Shown here: in pieces, positions 46,880-64,000 of the stretch
How positions within the stretch are numbered: position 1 is the first letter of the stretch
Layout: each line of letters opens with the position of its first letter
Assembly: GCA_033442325.1 (NCBI GenBank)
Contig: JAWQFM010000003.1
Span: 1,332,473 to 1,396,472 of the forward strand
Direction: 5' to 3'
Source of the DNA: Salpingoeca rosetta
Taxonomy: Eukaryota > Protista > Choanoflagellata
DNA: 64,000 nucleotides
The notes under the pieces: generated by a model
What the model was told of the DNA's origin: nothing
Databases searched by the model: none
The model's input: only the letters and a program-made list of their open reading frames with translations
Translations under genes and position numbers: made by a program

Positions 46880-48334
46880 GGGATTGGTACCCAATTGCCT
46901 GTCTGCTTGGAAACTGTTTGTGTGTCTCTACGCACACGTGCGTGTGCGTGTGAGTGTACTGGTGTGCATTTGAGCGTCCTCATCGCTGCCCATCTATCTG
47001 CCATCATGGCCCACGATCCTTGCTCTTTCCTCTGCAACCAGTGACACGAGAAGACTGCCAAGCCATCAGCGAGGCGTGCGAGAAGAACAGCGTCATGCTG
47101 TGCATCTGCCACGTGCTCCGCTATGCGCCGCACAACCGCCTGCTGAAGCAGCTTGTGGAATCCGGCCGCATTGGCCGCCTCGTCAACATCCAGCACACGG
47201 AGCCCATTGGCTTTTTCCACTTTGCCCACTCGTATGTCCGCGGGAACTGGCGGCGGGAGGACGAGTCCACGTTTGCACTCATGGCCAAGTCCTGCCACGA
47301 CATCGACCTCATCCGGTCAGCACGCGGCTCCTGCGCTTCGTTGTGCTCTGGTGTGCTGTGCTGTGTATGTGCTGTGTGTCTGTGTGTGTGCGTGTCTGTC
47401 TGTGTGTCTGTGTGTGTGTCTGTCTGTGTGAGTCTGTGTGCGTCTGTCTGTGTGTTTTTGTGTGGTTTTGTGGCTGTGTCAGCAATGGCGGCTAGCATTG
47501 TCTGTGTGCATCCCCTCCTCTCCATAGCAGCGCTTGCAGCCACTGCCGCCTCACCATCCCTCTGCTGTCTGGTAGATGGTGGATGGGCAAGAAGTGCTTG
47601 CGGGTGTCGTCGTTTGGCAGTTTGTCCGAGTTTCACCCGGCAAGGAAACCAGAGGGTGCAACCGCCCGCTGCCTCGACTGCCCACGTGAGTGGGGTCTGT
47701 GTTTGTGTGTGTGTGTGTGTCTGTGTGTGTGTCTGTGTCTGTGTGTGCCTGTGTCTGTGTGTGCCTGTGTCTCTACCTGTGTGTGGATGTCTGTATATGC
47801 ATGTGCGTGTCCTCTAACAACAGGCAGAGATTTCCCTCACAGCCTCGCAACTTCACACTCACCAAATGTGTCTCCATCACGACATGCACGACCACCGTCA
47901 CCATGGCCATTGTCAATCCTTGCAGTGAAGGACACGTGTGCGTATTCAGCCACACGCATCTATCTCGAGCACGGCTTCTTTGCCAAAGTCGTTGCAGGTG
48001 CGTGTGTGTGTGTGTGTGTGCGTGTGTGTGTGTGCGTGTGTGTGTGTGTGTAGTTGATGGCTGCTCGTGCAGATCAGTGTTTGTTTATTTTGTGCATTGG
48101 TATCTGTGTGCTTGTGCTTGCCGTTGGGCCTATCATCACGCCGCCACTCAACACGCTACGCTCTGCAACACCCCATCCACCCACCACCCACCCCGAATCT
48201 AGACGGCCCGCCCACGCAGGAGAACCTTGAGAAGAGTCTTCGGACATCAAACTACGGCAAATGCGTGTGGCAATCCGACAACGACGTCGTATGTTCAACA
48301 CCAAGCACGCTGTTGCACACACACACACACACAC

Positions 48335-48400
<66 letters not shown>

Positions 48401-49750
48401 GCACACACACATACACACACGCACGCACACACATACACACACGCACGCACACACACACACGCACACAGCCGAGCTGTCATTTGTGCACTTGTCCGGTTTT
48501 GCCCTCACTGCCACATCCTTGTTCACATTACCACTTGCTGTACCTCAACCCCCTTAAACACACACACGCACACACATACACACACACATATGTACACATA
48601 CACACACACACACATACACACATACACACACATATACACACACATGCATACACATACGCGCGTACGTACTTAGGTGGACAACCAAGTTGTCAACTTTGAG
48701 TTTGAGGAGGGATGCACCGCGAGCTTCTCCATGATTGCGTTTACAGAGAAGGTGGGCGCTCTGTTTCTCTGGCTGCTTGGGAGTAGACGGAATGCTACGA
48801 AATTCAAGAGAGCGGAGAGAAGGGACTGTTTGTGTTGACCTGCACTAGACTGTGTGCTGTTGTCCGCGCTGTTGTGCACACACACCCGTTGCCGCCCTTC
48901 ATTTCAATAGTTCTCCTAACGCCTGTGCCTCGTGCCGTTGTGATGTGACACCGACACCTCACCGCTCCCACACAGCTGTGCCAGCGGGAGACGACGTTTT
49001 ACGGCACAAAAAGGCAGCTCCGCTGCTTCTCCGAGCGCGAGGTTGTTCTGTATGACTTTGAGACACAGCGCGAGGAGCGCATCCAATGCGACCTTCCTCC
49101 GCCAAACACCAGCCTTCGTGGCCATGGCGGAGCTGATTTTTTCCTCGTCGACGCTTTCACCAAGGCAGTCGCACAGGTGGGTGCGCGCGCGCGCGCGTGT
49201 GTGTGTGGGGGGGGTGTGGGTGTGGGGGTGTGTGGGTGTGTGGGTGTGTGTGGGGGGGGTGTGGGTCAGTAATAGTGTGTGCGTGTGTGTGTGCGTGCGT
49301 GTGTGTGATATCATTGCTTGTGGGTTGGGTTCCTTGAGCATGATGGTTGTGCTTCGTCTGATTTCATCTCACACTCCACGCACCTTGCACGTCTCTTGTG
49401 TCTTGGTGCTTGTGGCAGAATGACCCGAGCTTCATCACAACATCTGCTAGGGATGCGCTTGCCTCGCATGAACTGGGTATGCGACTCCTGTTCTGTGTCT
49501 GTGATGCACTTGATGAAGGACATGGGATGGTTCTCGAGTGCTACAGCTGCTGTTGTTTCTTTCCTTGTTTCTTTTGTTGTTGGTGCTGCTTGCTGTTGCT
49601 GGTGCAGTTCTCACGATTCTTCTTGTACACACGCATACACACACGCACGCACGCACACATGCGCACCCTCATGCATGCACACGTTCAGTGTTTGATGCAG
49701 AGGATGCGCGGCGAAAGGGCGCGGTTGTGGAGCCGAAAGCCGTTGCTTGA
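45693..49750 (+). CDS. Gfo/Idh/MocA-family NAD(P)-dependent oxidoreductase (YteT/StrI-like), ~14 exons
   Basis: Rossmann motif VVVGCGQRG, ATQDRDH, HVLLEKPM, ICHVLRY, HFAHSYVRGNWR…LMAKSCHDID, YGKCVWQSDNDVVDNQVV, GHGGAD. Confidence 0.92.
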
Positions 49751-49880
49751 TTTGAAGATTTGTCGTGCGTGCTTTTCATAAATTTCTACAATCAACTCCA
49801 CAAACAAGCAACAAGCAACAAGCAAGCAACGAGGAATCAACAAGCAACAAAGCAAGAAGCAAGCAAGCAAGCAAAAGCAC

Positions 49881-50222
49881 ATGGCGGCCATCATGGAACG
49901 GCACCTGCAGGTGCGAGGCAAAGTGCAAGGGGTGATGTTTCGGCAGACGCTGATGCGCGCAGCGCAGCGGCTTGGCCTTCGCGCAGCTGCATCCAACATG
50001 AAGCAGGACAAGAGCCTGGTCAAGGTGTCCCTGTTTGGCGACGAGGACACCGTCAACACTTTGGTGACAAACCTCGGCAGTGGCAAGGCCATCAACTCAT
50101 GGGGTGCCAAGGTGTCCTCGATCGAAGATGACCCAAACCCATGGCCCTACGACAAGCACCAGGTCACCACCGACAACGTCGACTCCAAAAGGTGGAACCC
50201 AAACGTCAAAATGTACCTGTAA
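49881..50222 (+). CDS. Acylphosphatase-like protein, intronless, 113 aa
   Basis: VRGKVQGVMFR with the catalytic Arg, downstream Asn in AASN, ferredoxin-like size. Extra tail INSWGA…HQVTTDNVDS..WNPNVKMYL. Confidence 0.85.
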   Translation: MAAIMERHLQVRGKVQGVMFRQTLMRAAQRLGLRAAASNMKQDKSLVKVSLFGDEDTVNTLVTNLGSGKAINSWGAKVSSIEDDPNPWPYDKHQVTTDNVDSKRWNPNVKMYL

Positions 50223-51830
50223 CAGTCCAGCAATTGCACTCACAGAAAGAACGACGGTGCCACCCGGGCAAGGAGTAACGCAACTTGGCGAAGAGGCGAA
50301 CCCGATGACCCGATGGTGATGGGTTGCAGAGCAGAGCAAGGCGTGCAGGTACGAGCAACCTCCTAACCTCACAAGACACCAGTGGCTTCCGTGTAGCCGT
50401 GTGGTGGGCGTGCACCTCTTTTTTGTTTCCCACTCTCGTGTGGCTGTGAAAGCTGCAGTGCGTGTGTGCTGTGAACTGCTGCCTCTACGCGTGTTGCACT
50501 GTGCCTCCTCTTCTAGTCTTCTTAATTCTTGCCACGTCCATCAATGCTGTGAGATGTCGACAACACTCTTTGCTCGTTCGCGCACAGTTTGGTGCTGCTG
50601 TTCTTGCTCTCCTTCGTTGTCGTTTCCTCTGTTCCTCTCTTCCCCACACATTTAAGTGTGTATTGCATGTCCCACTCGCGTGCGCGGCGTGTCGAACAGG
50701 CTGAGTGTCTGGTGACACCGCACTCGGGCTCAAAAGCGCGCATGAGGGTTTTTGTACAAATTGATTGAAACACACGCGTCCATACCATGCACAGGCATAG
50801 ATCGTGCAACATTAAACGAGGCCATGACCCAATGCACCAACAAAGAGGCAAGACGGAGGGGATGGGGGAAGAAAACAAGCGAGACACAAGGCGCAGAAAG
50901 AGGGAGCGGGAATAACGAGATGCCGAGCTGGTAAGGCGTGAGCATGGGTTAACAACGCAGGCGAGCCACAATGCAGAACACGGAACAGCGGAACGTATGC
51001 CGCTGTGCATGTGTGTGTGTGTGATGTGATAAGGAGAAAACCAAAGGCGGTGTGCCAGTGCGGGCGAGAGACGCAAGAAAAGGATCAAGAGAAGGGGCGA
51101 AGGCAAACGAAACCGAGGCGAGGCACAGTGAATGAATGAATGAGTGAATGGAATGCATGACACAACTGGCATGGCACGAAGTTTGAACACGGAAAACAAA
51201 AAAAAAGGGGGGGGGGGAGAGAAGGTCATGTTGCATCACACGCGTCGCTAGAGCATAGGCAGTGGTCCGGCAGCACGCGAACAAGAGATGGGAGAACAAG
51301 AACAGCAGCACGGAGGAAACGCTGGAAAGGGAGTTGGGTGGAGACACTCCCCTACTCGACGCCCCAGATGCAGGAAAGGAAAGGAAAGAAAGGACAACAA
51401 ATATGGTGCCGTGGTTAACGGGGGACGGGTAAGGTGATTCCAAAGTTTGGAAATGTAAAAAAGGAGCTGCGCACCCTTCCCCAAGCGAGCTGGCCATAGC
51501 GTAATGAATACATCGTGCACAGAAGTACTGAGGTAACAGCAAAGACAATGCTAGAATGAGCCAAAAAAAAAATGAAAGCGCCCTCACGTTCGCAAGCGTT
51601 GGGTGAACACGTAAACAGGCAATCAGGACGGCAACAACATATGGCTCAGTAGCAAAGAAGGGCTGCACAACAGGCAAAGAGAAGGCTTGAGAGCTGAGAC
51701 ACCACTGGAAATCGTTGAAGTGCTGTACTGCAACGTGGTTGGAACCACACACCAACCGCTTCTCGTCTTCTGCTCACAGGCTCACGGGCCTGCCTTTCTT
51801 CCTTGCAAATAGAAGAGAATGAACGACATG

Positions 51831-51875
<45 letters not shown>

Positions 51876-51974
51876 GGAGTGGGGCCACGGCAAGTCTTGA
51901 AGAGCGGCTCAACGTGGCCGGAAGGGGCGGGGGGCGTCACCGTTGGCATCATCGGCACCTTGTGTCATATAGCC

Positions 51975-55830
<3,856 letters not shown>

Positions 55831-58426
55831 AGTAGTTGTGGTGGCGACAGCATGTGCCGCTCAGAGTGAATCAAGCGGACTGGGTTGGATGGCGGAAGCG
55901 TTGAAAGTGGACTGACATGCATGCATGCAAACACGCGAAGGGGGATGTGATGTGAGCAATTTAGGGTGTATGTCTGCTGATATTTGTACACTCGTATGGA
56001 TTGGAAGCGAGAGTGGGGGAGTGAGCGAGGGAGAGGGCGTGTGCATGTATTTTTGTATGTGTGTATATGTGTATGTGTGGATGTGTGTATGTGTGGATGT
56101 ATGTATGTGTATGTACGTATGTGTGTGTGTATGTGTGGATGTTCGGGTGTGTTGTCAGAGCCGGATGCGGTGGAGATGAGTGGAAGAGGGCAAGGGGAGT
56201 CGCAAGTGAAGCCAAACTGCTTTGTGTGTGCTTGCTTTGTGTGTGCATGCAAGCAGGAGGAAGCCATCAAAGAGGTGAAGCAAGGCGAGTGCAAGGAAGG
56301 AAGCAAGCAAGCAAGCAAGCAAGAAGCGAGGGAGAGGAAGGCGAGTGCGGCCAATGAAAGACAATGAGGCAACTCGCAACAAGACAGCAAAGCAAAGCAA
56401 GAGCCGCAATTCTAAAGCAAATTAGAGTCGGGGCAGCCACGCCCGACGTGCGTGGGGCAGGCGCAGGACGCGTTCACCCACACCGAGAGACGCACGCGAC
56501 GCACTTCAGCTCACGGCTTACCGAAGCGGGGAGGGGGGGGGGAGGAAGGTGTCCGTGGAATGTTCGGGGAAGGAATGGCCGTGTTGGGGAAGGGGGGGGG
56601 GGTGTGTGGAGAATGGAGAAGGTGGACCCAAGCAGAAGGGAAGGTGCTGCTGCGGTAGCAGTTGCTGTCGTTGCTGTTGGTGCTGTTGGTGATGTTGGAA
56701 CCGTCTGTTGTTTGATGTGGGTGTACGGGGTTGTTGTGCCTCTTCGAGCAAAGCAAGTGAAGAAAGCAAGCGCGAGCACGCAAAGAAAAGAGGAGACTGG
56801 GAACAAAAGTGAAGGAGGGAAGCGCTTCCAGCAGCGTTGGAGTGGAGCGGGGAGAGACGGTAACAGAGTAGCAGAGGGTGGTGGATTTGGATCGCACAAG
56901 GCCAAAACACCTCGGAGGCGGTGTCTGATGAAATGTAACACCCCACGTCAGGATTCACAGTCTCACACACACACAAGCGCGCACGGCCGGCCACACACAC
57001 GCACAAACGCACAGAGCGCTCGCGCACGGAGCAACGCGGAAGCTAAATCAAAACAACACAACGCAGTGGGGAGGGAGGATGTTGCGCGTTGATTGATGAT
57101 GTGGTGTTGTGTCTGTGTGTGACAAGAGGGGATCAAGAGGCGCGATGCCGAAAGACACGATGCAAGTTTGGTTTTGGTCTTGGGGAATGCCTCAGGGCCA
57201 AGCGCAACTTGGCTTTGACACACTCGCCAGCGCGATGCAACCGGCACACGCTCACCAGAAAAAGAAGCAGAAGTCAGTCGGAAAATCAAAACGAAAACGC
57301 ACCGTTGAACGCAAGTAGGTTTGCTGCTGTTGGTGTTTGCGAGTGTGAGCAATCAGAGACAGGAAAGAAAGGGGACGAATGCACAGCACCTCAAACAGGC
57401 CACAGGGCAAGGGGGGGGGGTGTTGAAGGAGAAGGAGGGAACGAAGGGTTGACGATGTGGTGAGTGCGTGTTCAGGATGGAACCCCAGCCAGTCAGACCA
57501 CCATCTGTTTCTGCTTGAAACCTCAGCAAACGGGGGGGGGGGAAAGGGAAAGTGGTGGCGTGCACACAGCAGTGATCGGTGTAGCACTGACTAGCGCTGG
57601 TGCTGCGGTGATGAAGGCTTGAGAAATGTACACGCACGCGCACTCTTGGAAAAACAACACAGCAACACAGCAGTGGTCATCCACGACCCGCTGTCACGAA
57701 GAGATCAAACTTCGACGATCACACACACACACACACACACGACCTACCGTCAACCAGTCAGAAGGGACGAAAGCGGGCACGAACGAGGAACGGAAGCAAG
57801 CTGTTGGTTGGCGTGCAAGAGTGTTCCACTTGACACACACACGTACCCGTGCAAGTTGACTGATGACTGACTGATGGGTGGTTAACGCACAAGCGCGCTT
57901 ACATCAGTGCACACAAAACACGCGACCAACTTGTTGGAGACACCAAAGCAAAGAAAAACCCTACAACACACACACACACACACTCACACACACGCAGAGC
58001 AGCGTATGCTTGCGCGTGCAGTCTCGGTCGTCGGAAGCTTCACTTCTTTCGCCCCTTGTCATTCGTTCGCTCCCTTCCATCTGGCTTCTTTTTTGCGTTC
58101 CTCGTGTTGTTCCTGCGTATTCTTTGCTGGTTGTGCGATGTCCATCGACCTCAGCGTTGGCAGCGGAAGAAACCGCGCGAACAAACAAACGCCACCGCCC
58201 CGCCCCCATGGCAACCCGCACCAAGCACACCAGCACTTCCTCGCGATTGTGAGTGTGTGCCAACCGCCCCACACAGAGCTAGGCCGTGTCCCGGTGGTGA
58301 CGCATGCAACCGTAGTTGCGCGTGGATTCCAGGAAGTCTTGCCTGCATGCAAATTTCGGTTGGACAAACGCAACCAGCACGCGTCGTCACAAAACTCACA
58401 GTTTCGTTCGATTGTCCCTTTTCGTT

Positions 58427-59469
58427 TTATTTGCGCCCACGCGAACGCCGTGCACGTGTTGTTCGCCGTCGGTTCGACTGCTGTTGTTCCTCCTCCTCCT
58501 CCTCCTCCTTCACCTTTGCGTGTTGCCGCTGCTGTTGGCGGCGCTTGCCCTTCTTACTGCTGCTGTTGCGCGTTGATGCCGAGCTCGGGCCGCGCGATGC
58601 TGCACTGTCCTCCTCTGCTTCTTCTTGTTCCTTGTCGCCATCATCGCCTTCTTCGTCTTCCTCTTCTTCTTCGCTTCCCTCAGCACCATCGCCTTCTTGC
58701 CCATCAGCCACGTCCAAGTTGAGCTGCTCCGCGAGCTCCGCAAAGTCGTGGCCGTATATCTGCAGTGGGTGTTGTGTGCGTGTGAGTATTGTGTGTATTG
58801 TGTGCGTGTTGTGTGTGTGTATTGTGTGTGTATTGTGTATTGTGTGTGTGTATTGTGTGTGTATCGTGTGTATTGTGTGTGAGGTGGCAAAGAGAAAACA
58901 GAGTGTCACATGTTGTTGTTGCGTGGGGAAACGGTTCCGTGAAGCATCACGCATGCGGGGAATAGGAAAGAGCCTGGCAGGCACATCAAAAACATGCAGG
59001 GGATGTGCGCGCGCGTGTGTGTGCGAGGAGAAAAGGGAGGGGGGGGGGTTCTGACATGCATTCGCCGTGTGCATCCGCCGTGTGCATTCGCCGTGTGCAT
59101 CCGCCGTGTGCATTCGCCGTATGCACCCGGCACACGCACCCCGACATGTACGCACCTTTGCGAGGAATTGCAGGATCTTGTATTCTGAGAGCTCCACACG
59201 CGCCCGCGGCCCCCATCGATAGAAGTAGGTGACTGGCTCGTTCGGGTTTGCGTTGGGCATTCGCAGCCGCACCAAGTACCTGTTGTGTCGGCAGTTGGTT
59301 GGTTGAGTGGTTCGTTGGTTAGTTGGTTGAAGGCGATGAAGGCGTGTGCCAAAAGCATGGTGGTGGGTGCACCATGACAGGAGCAATAGTAGCGACGACA
59401 ATCCAGGACGCGTACAGAAACACAAATAAGTGCAAACAAACAAACACACAAACAAACAAACAAACAAGC

Positions 59470-59545
<76 letters not shown>

Positions 59546-59967
59546 GATGCAACCAACCGCTGTTCGCTGGCAAAGACGGTGTCGATGAGGCGGTCAGCAC
59601 GCTCGCCGCCAATCCGTGTGGTGTTGCCCACGCCAAGCCGTTCCCTAAGGAACTTCCACAACTCGCCTGTGCAATGGATTGGGGGAAGTGGGGAGGGGAG
59701 AACCAATTTGTACCGCGTGCGAGTGTGTGTGAGTGCGTGAGTGTGTGAGTGCGTGTGAGTGCGTGTGAGTGTGCGCGTGGTCTGGAGTGAGCGCGCACAT
59801 ACTGTGCAGGGTTTAGAATCTGCAGTAGATGGCACACTGACACACATGATGTTGGCAGACTGTGTGCAGCTGAATACGTCAATCAAGCAGCACATTCAAC
59901 CGCACAGGCACACGCACGCACGCACACACACACGCACGCACGCACGCACACACACACACACACACAG

Positions 59968-60040
<73 letters not shown>

Positions 60041-61531
60041 CAACTCACTCTGGGAGATTTCGTGCTTGGGCTTGTTGACGTAGATGGTGGCAAGGATGGT
60101 CATGAGAAACCCCCACTGCGCCTGCGTGGATTCATCCAGCACCAACGCGCACGCGGCGTTGCCCTCGCCAGCTGCGTGTGCACTGGCTGGAACCTTGTCG
60201 CTCTGCAGTCTGTTGACCAGGGTAAACAGGCCTGTGGGCTTCTCCTCTGTGGGTTTCTTCATGCCCATCGACGGCATGGAGTCTGGCTGGTCGGGGAGAG
60301 GCAGCGACGTCAGCTTCAGCCCAAACAGCTGGCGTGCATGCGTATTTTGTTTGTTTGTTTGTTTGTTTGTTTGTTTGTTTGTTTGTTTGTTTGTTTGTTT
60401 GTTTGTTTGTTTGTGTGTGTTGTGTGCATTGTGTGCATTGTGTGTGTTGTGTGCATTGTGTGTGTGTGTGTGTTGCGTATGAGGTGTTGGGGAGGCAAAC
60501 AGGCTGTGCACGTCACAGCTCAGGCAGACAAATTGACAGAAGTGGCTATGGAGGAGTAGGGCGACGGAGACCGCTAGGAAGAGGAATGCGGACATAACTA
60601 CACACATATATACATACAGAGGCACAGCCAAACACACGCACACCAAACATCCACACACATGTACACACTCACACACACACGCACACCAAACATCCACACA
60701 CATGTACACACTCACACACACTCTCTCTCTTTCACTCTCTCATACTTGTGACTGACTTCGTTCAAGATGCCTGCGCCCTTGAAGAAGGCCTCCCGGGCCC
60801 CGGTGAGACCAAGAAGCTGAAGAACGTCTGAATAACATAACCGCGGAGTCGCATAACACGGTGGAATCGCATCACAAAGAGTGCAAGTCGTGAGATCACA
60901 ACCAAGCCGCAAGCCATCACAAATTACGCAGCACGAAATTAGTACAGCACGCAGCACACACGCGCACACGAACCTGTTCGTTTGACGGCTTTGCCCTGGT
61001 AGCAGCAGCGAAACAAGATGGCCCTCGCAGCGCTTTCAACCTGGGTCGCAAGCGTGCACACATTTGTGTAAGCACGCATCTACACAACACGCGTGCACAG
61101 GCACACACACGCGCGCACACCCTCCCACTCACACACCACACACAAGAGCACACACACACACACTTACTGCGCGTGTCTTCTCGCCCTCGGATAGGCTTAT
61201 GTAAGCTCTACGTGGCGCTGTGCTCTTGCTACGCTTGGCTGGCTGGGTCGACGACTCTGCCTGTGACTCTGCTTGCGACGCTGCTTGCGAGGCGATGGAC
61301 GCCCTGTCAAAACGGTGCACAGTGACAACGGGCAAAGCAGGCAAGTGACGTGAAGTCTATATAAATGTGAAACAGAAAAGAAGGTACGTTTCAAGTTCCA
61401 CACCCACAGCGTTCAATGTGGAGGTCATATCACACACACACACACACACACACACATGCACGCAAAAGAGAGAGCACGCACTGCGCCGGCTGTGTCGAAG
61501 ACGCTGCTGCCGCTCCACGCTTCGCTGCCAT
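58427..61531 (-). CDS. NSMCE3: NSE3/MAGE-G1 (SMC5/6 complex subunit), 8 exons
   Basis: Start MAAKRGAAA at 61531. MAGE-domain features GILNELFGLKL, GFLMTILATIYV, ELWKFL..LGV, YLVR…YFYRWGPRARVELSEYKILQFLAKIYG. Confidence 0.9.
59059..59125 (+). repeat. 13-bp intronic minisatellite (CAT[T/C]CGCCGTGTG) x~5
   Basis: Seen directly in the sequence. Confidence 0.85.
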
Positions 61532-61631
61532 CGTTGGCTGCTGCTGGTGTGCGTGGCGCCAACTCGTCTGCGCGGAAAATTGGCGTCATCATAAACAGTA
61601 GTCCAATATGACATCGCCTTCCTCGTCATTG

Positions 61632-61664
61632 ATGGATGCCAAGCTTGTCTCGCGCATCGTCGCC

Positions 61665-61700
<36 letters not shown>

Positions 61701-61713
61701 TGTGTCTGTGTCT

Positions 61714-61753
<40 letters not shown>

Positions 61754-62264
61754 ATCTGCCTGTCATCTGTGCGTGCGTCGCCAGTGATGTATTTGCCTTC
61801 CCTTTGCTTTGTTAACAAACACACACACACATTACACTCCCCTCACCCTCCTCACTCACGAACGTCAACAATGCTTGCCCACTGCAGATGTGTCGAGCGT
61901 GCACCGGTGTGTGTTGAACCACGAGCCAGTCATCAGCGCAGAGGCGGCGGGCTTTGTGAGAAACGAGACGGCGCTGGAGGTAGCCTCGCAGCAGATTCAG
62001 GAAATGCAACACATGACAAGCACCCTGCAGCAGCACACCATCTCTGAAATCAAAACAAACGCAACGGCGTCAATACAGAACGCCCTGGACACAGCCACCG
62101 CATCGGCCCAAAAGATGAAGCAGCTCTTCGAGGAGACGCAGGCAGCAAAGGTGTGTGTGTGTGTGTGTGTGTGTGCGTAGGTTGGCTGGATGTCTGGTCG
62201 TAGTTTGTGGCTGTGATGGCGTGATTGCCTTGCTCTCATGCCTGTTCGTGCACACACACACACA

Positions 62265-62360
<96 letters not shown>

Positions 62361-62469
62361 GACGATAGGTCGCTTTATCGCCCCGAAAAAACTGCACGAA
62401 ACGCAAAACAAGATGTAATAAGAGAAGCTATATCGTCAACACAGAGAAGAGAGAAGTAAGACAATAACA
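61632..62469 (+). CDS. BLOC1S5: BLOC-1 subunit 5 (Muted); exons 61632-61665, 61888-62150, and a low-quality third exon from ~62360 running toward the gap
   Basis: IVADVSSVHRCVLNHEPVISAEAAGFVR…LQQHTISEI matches recalled Muted IKDLGEIHSRLLDHRPVIQGETRYFVK…TNEHTLPKC. Confidence 0.75.
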
Positions 62470-62569
62470 NNNNNNNNNNNNNNNNNNNNNNNNNNNNNNN
62501 NNNNNNNNNNNNNNNNNNNNNNNNNNNNNNNNNNNNNNNNNNNNNNNNNNNNNNNNNNNNNNNNNNNNN
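62470..62569. other. Assembly gap (100 N)
   Basis: Run of N. Confidence 1.
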
Positions 62570-62582
62570 AGGGGGGGGGGGG

Positions 62583-62675
62583 GTGTCGCTTCGCAAACAG
62601 GACATCGCGCGCGTGGGCCTCAAACACACGGAGGTTTCCCCACAGCGCACATCACACGAGCAGCGTGCAACACAC
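62583..62675 (-). promoter_or_regulatory. SECIS element, form II, GUGA-type, in the 3' UTR of SELENOK
   Basis: Minus strand reads GUGAU-GUGCGCUGUGGG-G-AAA-CCUC(cguguguuu)GAGG-CCCACGCGCGC-GAUG. This gives a GA/GA quartet, ~11-bp helix II, unpaired AAA and an apical ministem. Confidence 0.8.
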
Positions 62676-62848
62676 GCGCACAGGCACTCGCAGGCACACA
62701 CAGGCACACATGGAAGAACATGTGTGCATTTGCGTGCGCGTTTGCATGTGTGCCCGCGCGAGGGCGTGTACGGGCTGCTCATCCTGCTTGCACGTCACCA
62801 ACTCGTTGCTTTCAAGCGCAAGTTGCGAAAACAGGAGCTTGAAAGCGT

Positions 62849-63725
<877 letters not shown>

Positions 63726-64000
63726 CTGCATCAAGTCATGAAACAGGGGATGGGAGAGGAGGATGCAAGCGCGTTAGAGGTTGCCGCGTGACAACTACCA
63801 CACTACCACACTACCACATTCACACTCGCAAAAGGCGACGTGCAAATACAAGCATCACAAAGCATGCACACAAACAAAGCATGCACACGAAGCAAGCACA
63901 CAAACGCAAACCAGCAGAACCGTAGACATAAACAAACACACACAACGACGCAAGTACACACACAACACAAACAAAGAAAGCATGCACACAACCAGGCACG

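Noticed and set aside
45693-50222. Oxidoreductase + acylphosphatase as a horizontally acquired operon or streptomycin (StrI) cluster
   Set aside because: The oxidoreductase has ~13 introns and belongs to a widespread family. No other pathway genes are present, and close spacing is normal in this window.
50295-50330. ATGA…GATG segment after acylphosphatase as a SECIS
   Set aside because: No apical AA or proper helix II, and the upstream gene has no in-frame UGA.
59059-59125. Regular 13-bp repeats (also the ~42-bp duplication at ~60632-60720 and repeats at 5518-5630) as a CRISPR-like array
   Set aside because: No unique spacers, intronic location, eukaryotic context and no cas genes.
62360-62469. 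TAA at ~62457 as the true BLOC1S5 stop
   Set aside because: A-rich, atypical sequence between a microsatellite and a gap looks like a low-quality read end, so the C-terminus is unreliable.

Overview
Eukaryotic, intron-rich, GC-rich DNA whose introns are filled with (GT)n/(CA)n microsatellites. Gene content and sequence style suggest a choanoflagellate, most likely Salpingoeca rosetta (inference). Most six-frame ORFs are microsatellite artefacts, so I rebuilt genes by hand from GT-AG splice sites. About 15 protein-coding genes are present: NUDT6-like Nudix hydrolase, secreted PQQ/BamB-type beta-propeller, CCDC33-like, CEP63/DEUP1-like, KANSL2/INO80D-like zf-C3Hc3H, RUN + Rubicon-homology protein, transketolase, DRC11/IQCA1, twinfilin, Gfo/Idh/MocA oxidoreductase, intronless acylphosphatase, a polyQ protein with two bZIP-type basic regions, NSE3/MAGE, BLOC1S5/Muted and selenoprotein K. 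Main highlight, not visible in the ORF track: a SELENOK gene on the minus strand with an in-frame UGA (…PPPMGGG-U-GR*), an intron 5 nt after the Sec codon, a perfect 10-bp hairpin right after the stop, and a GUGA-type form-II SECIS. Also notable are the CEP63-like protein, the double-bZIP protein, paired RFX half-sites upstream of DRC11, and an ~870-bp tandem duplication of the IQ exon in DRC11. Three assembly gaps are present. All homology calls come from remembered family motifs, not database searches.
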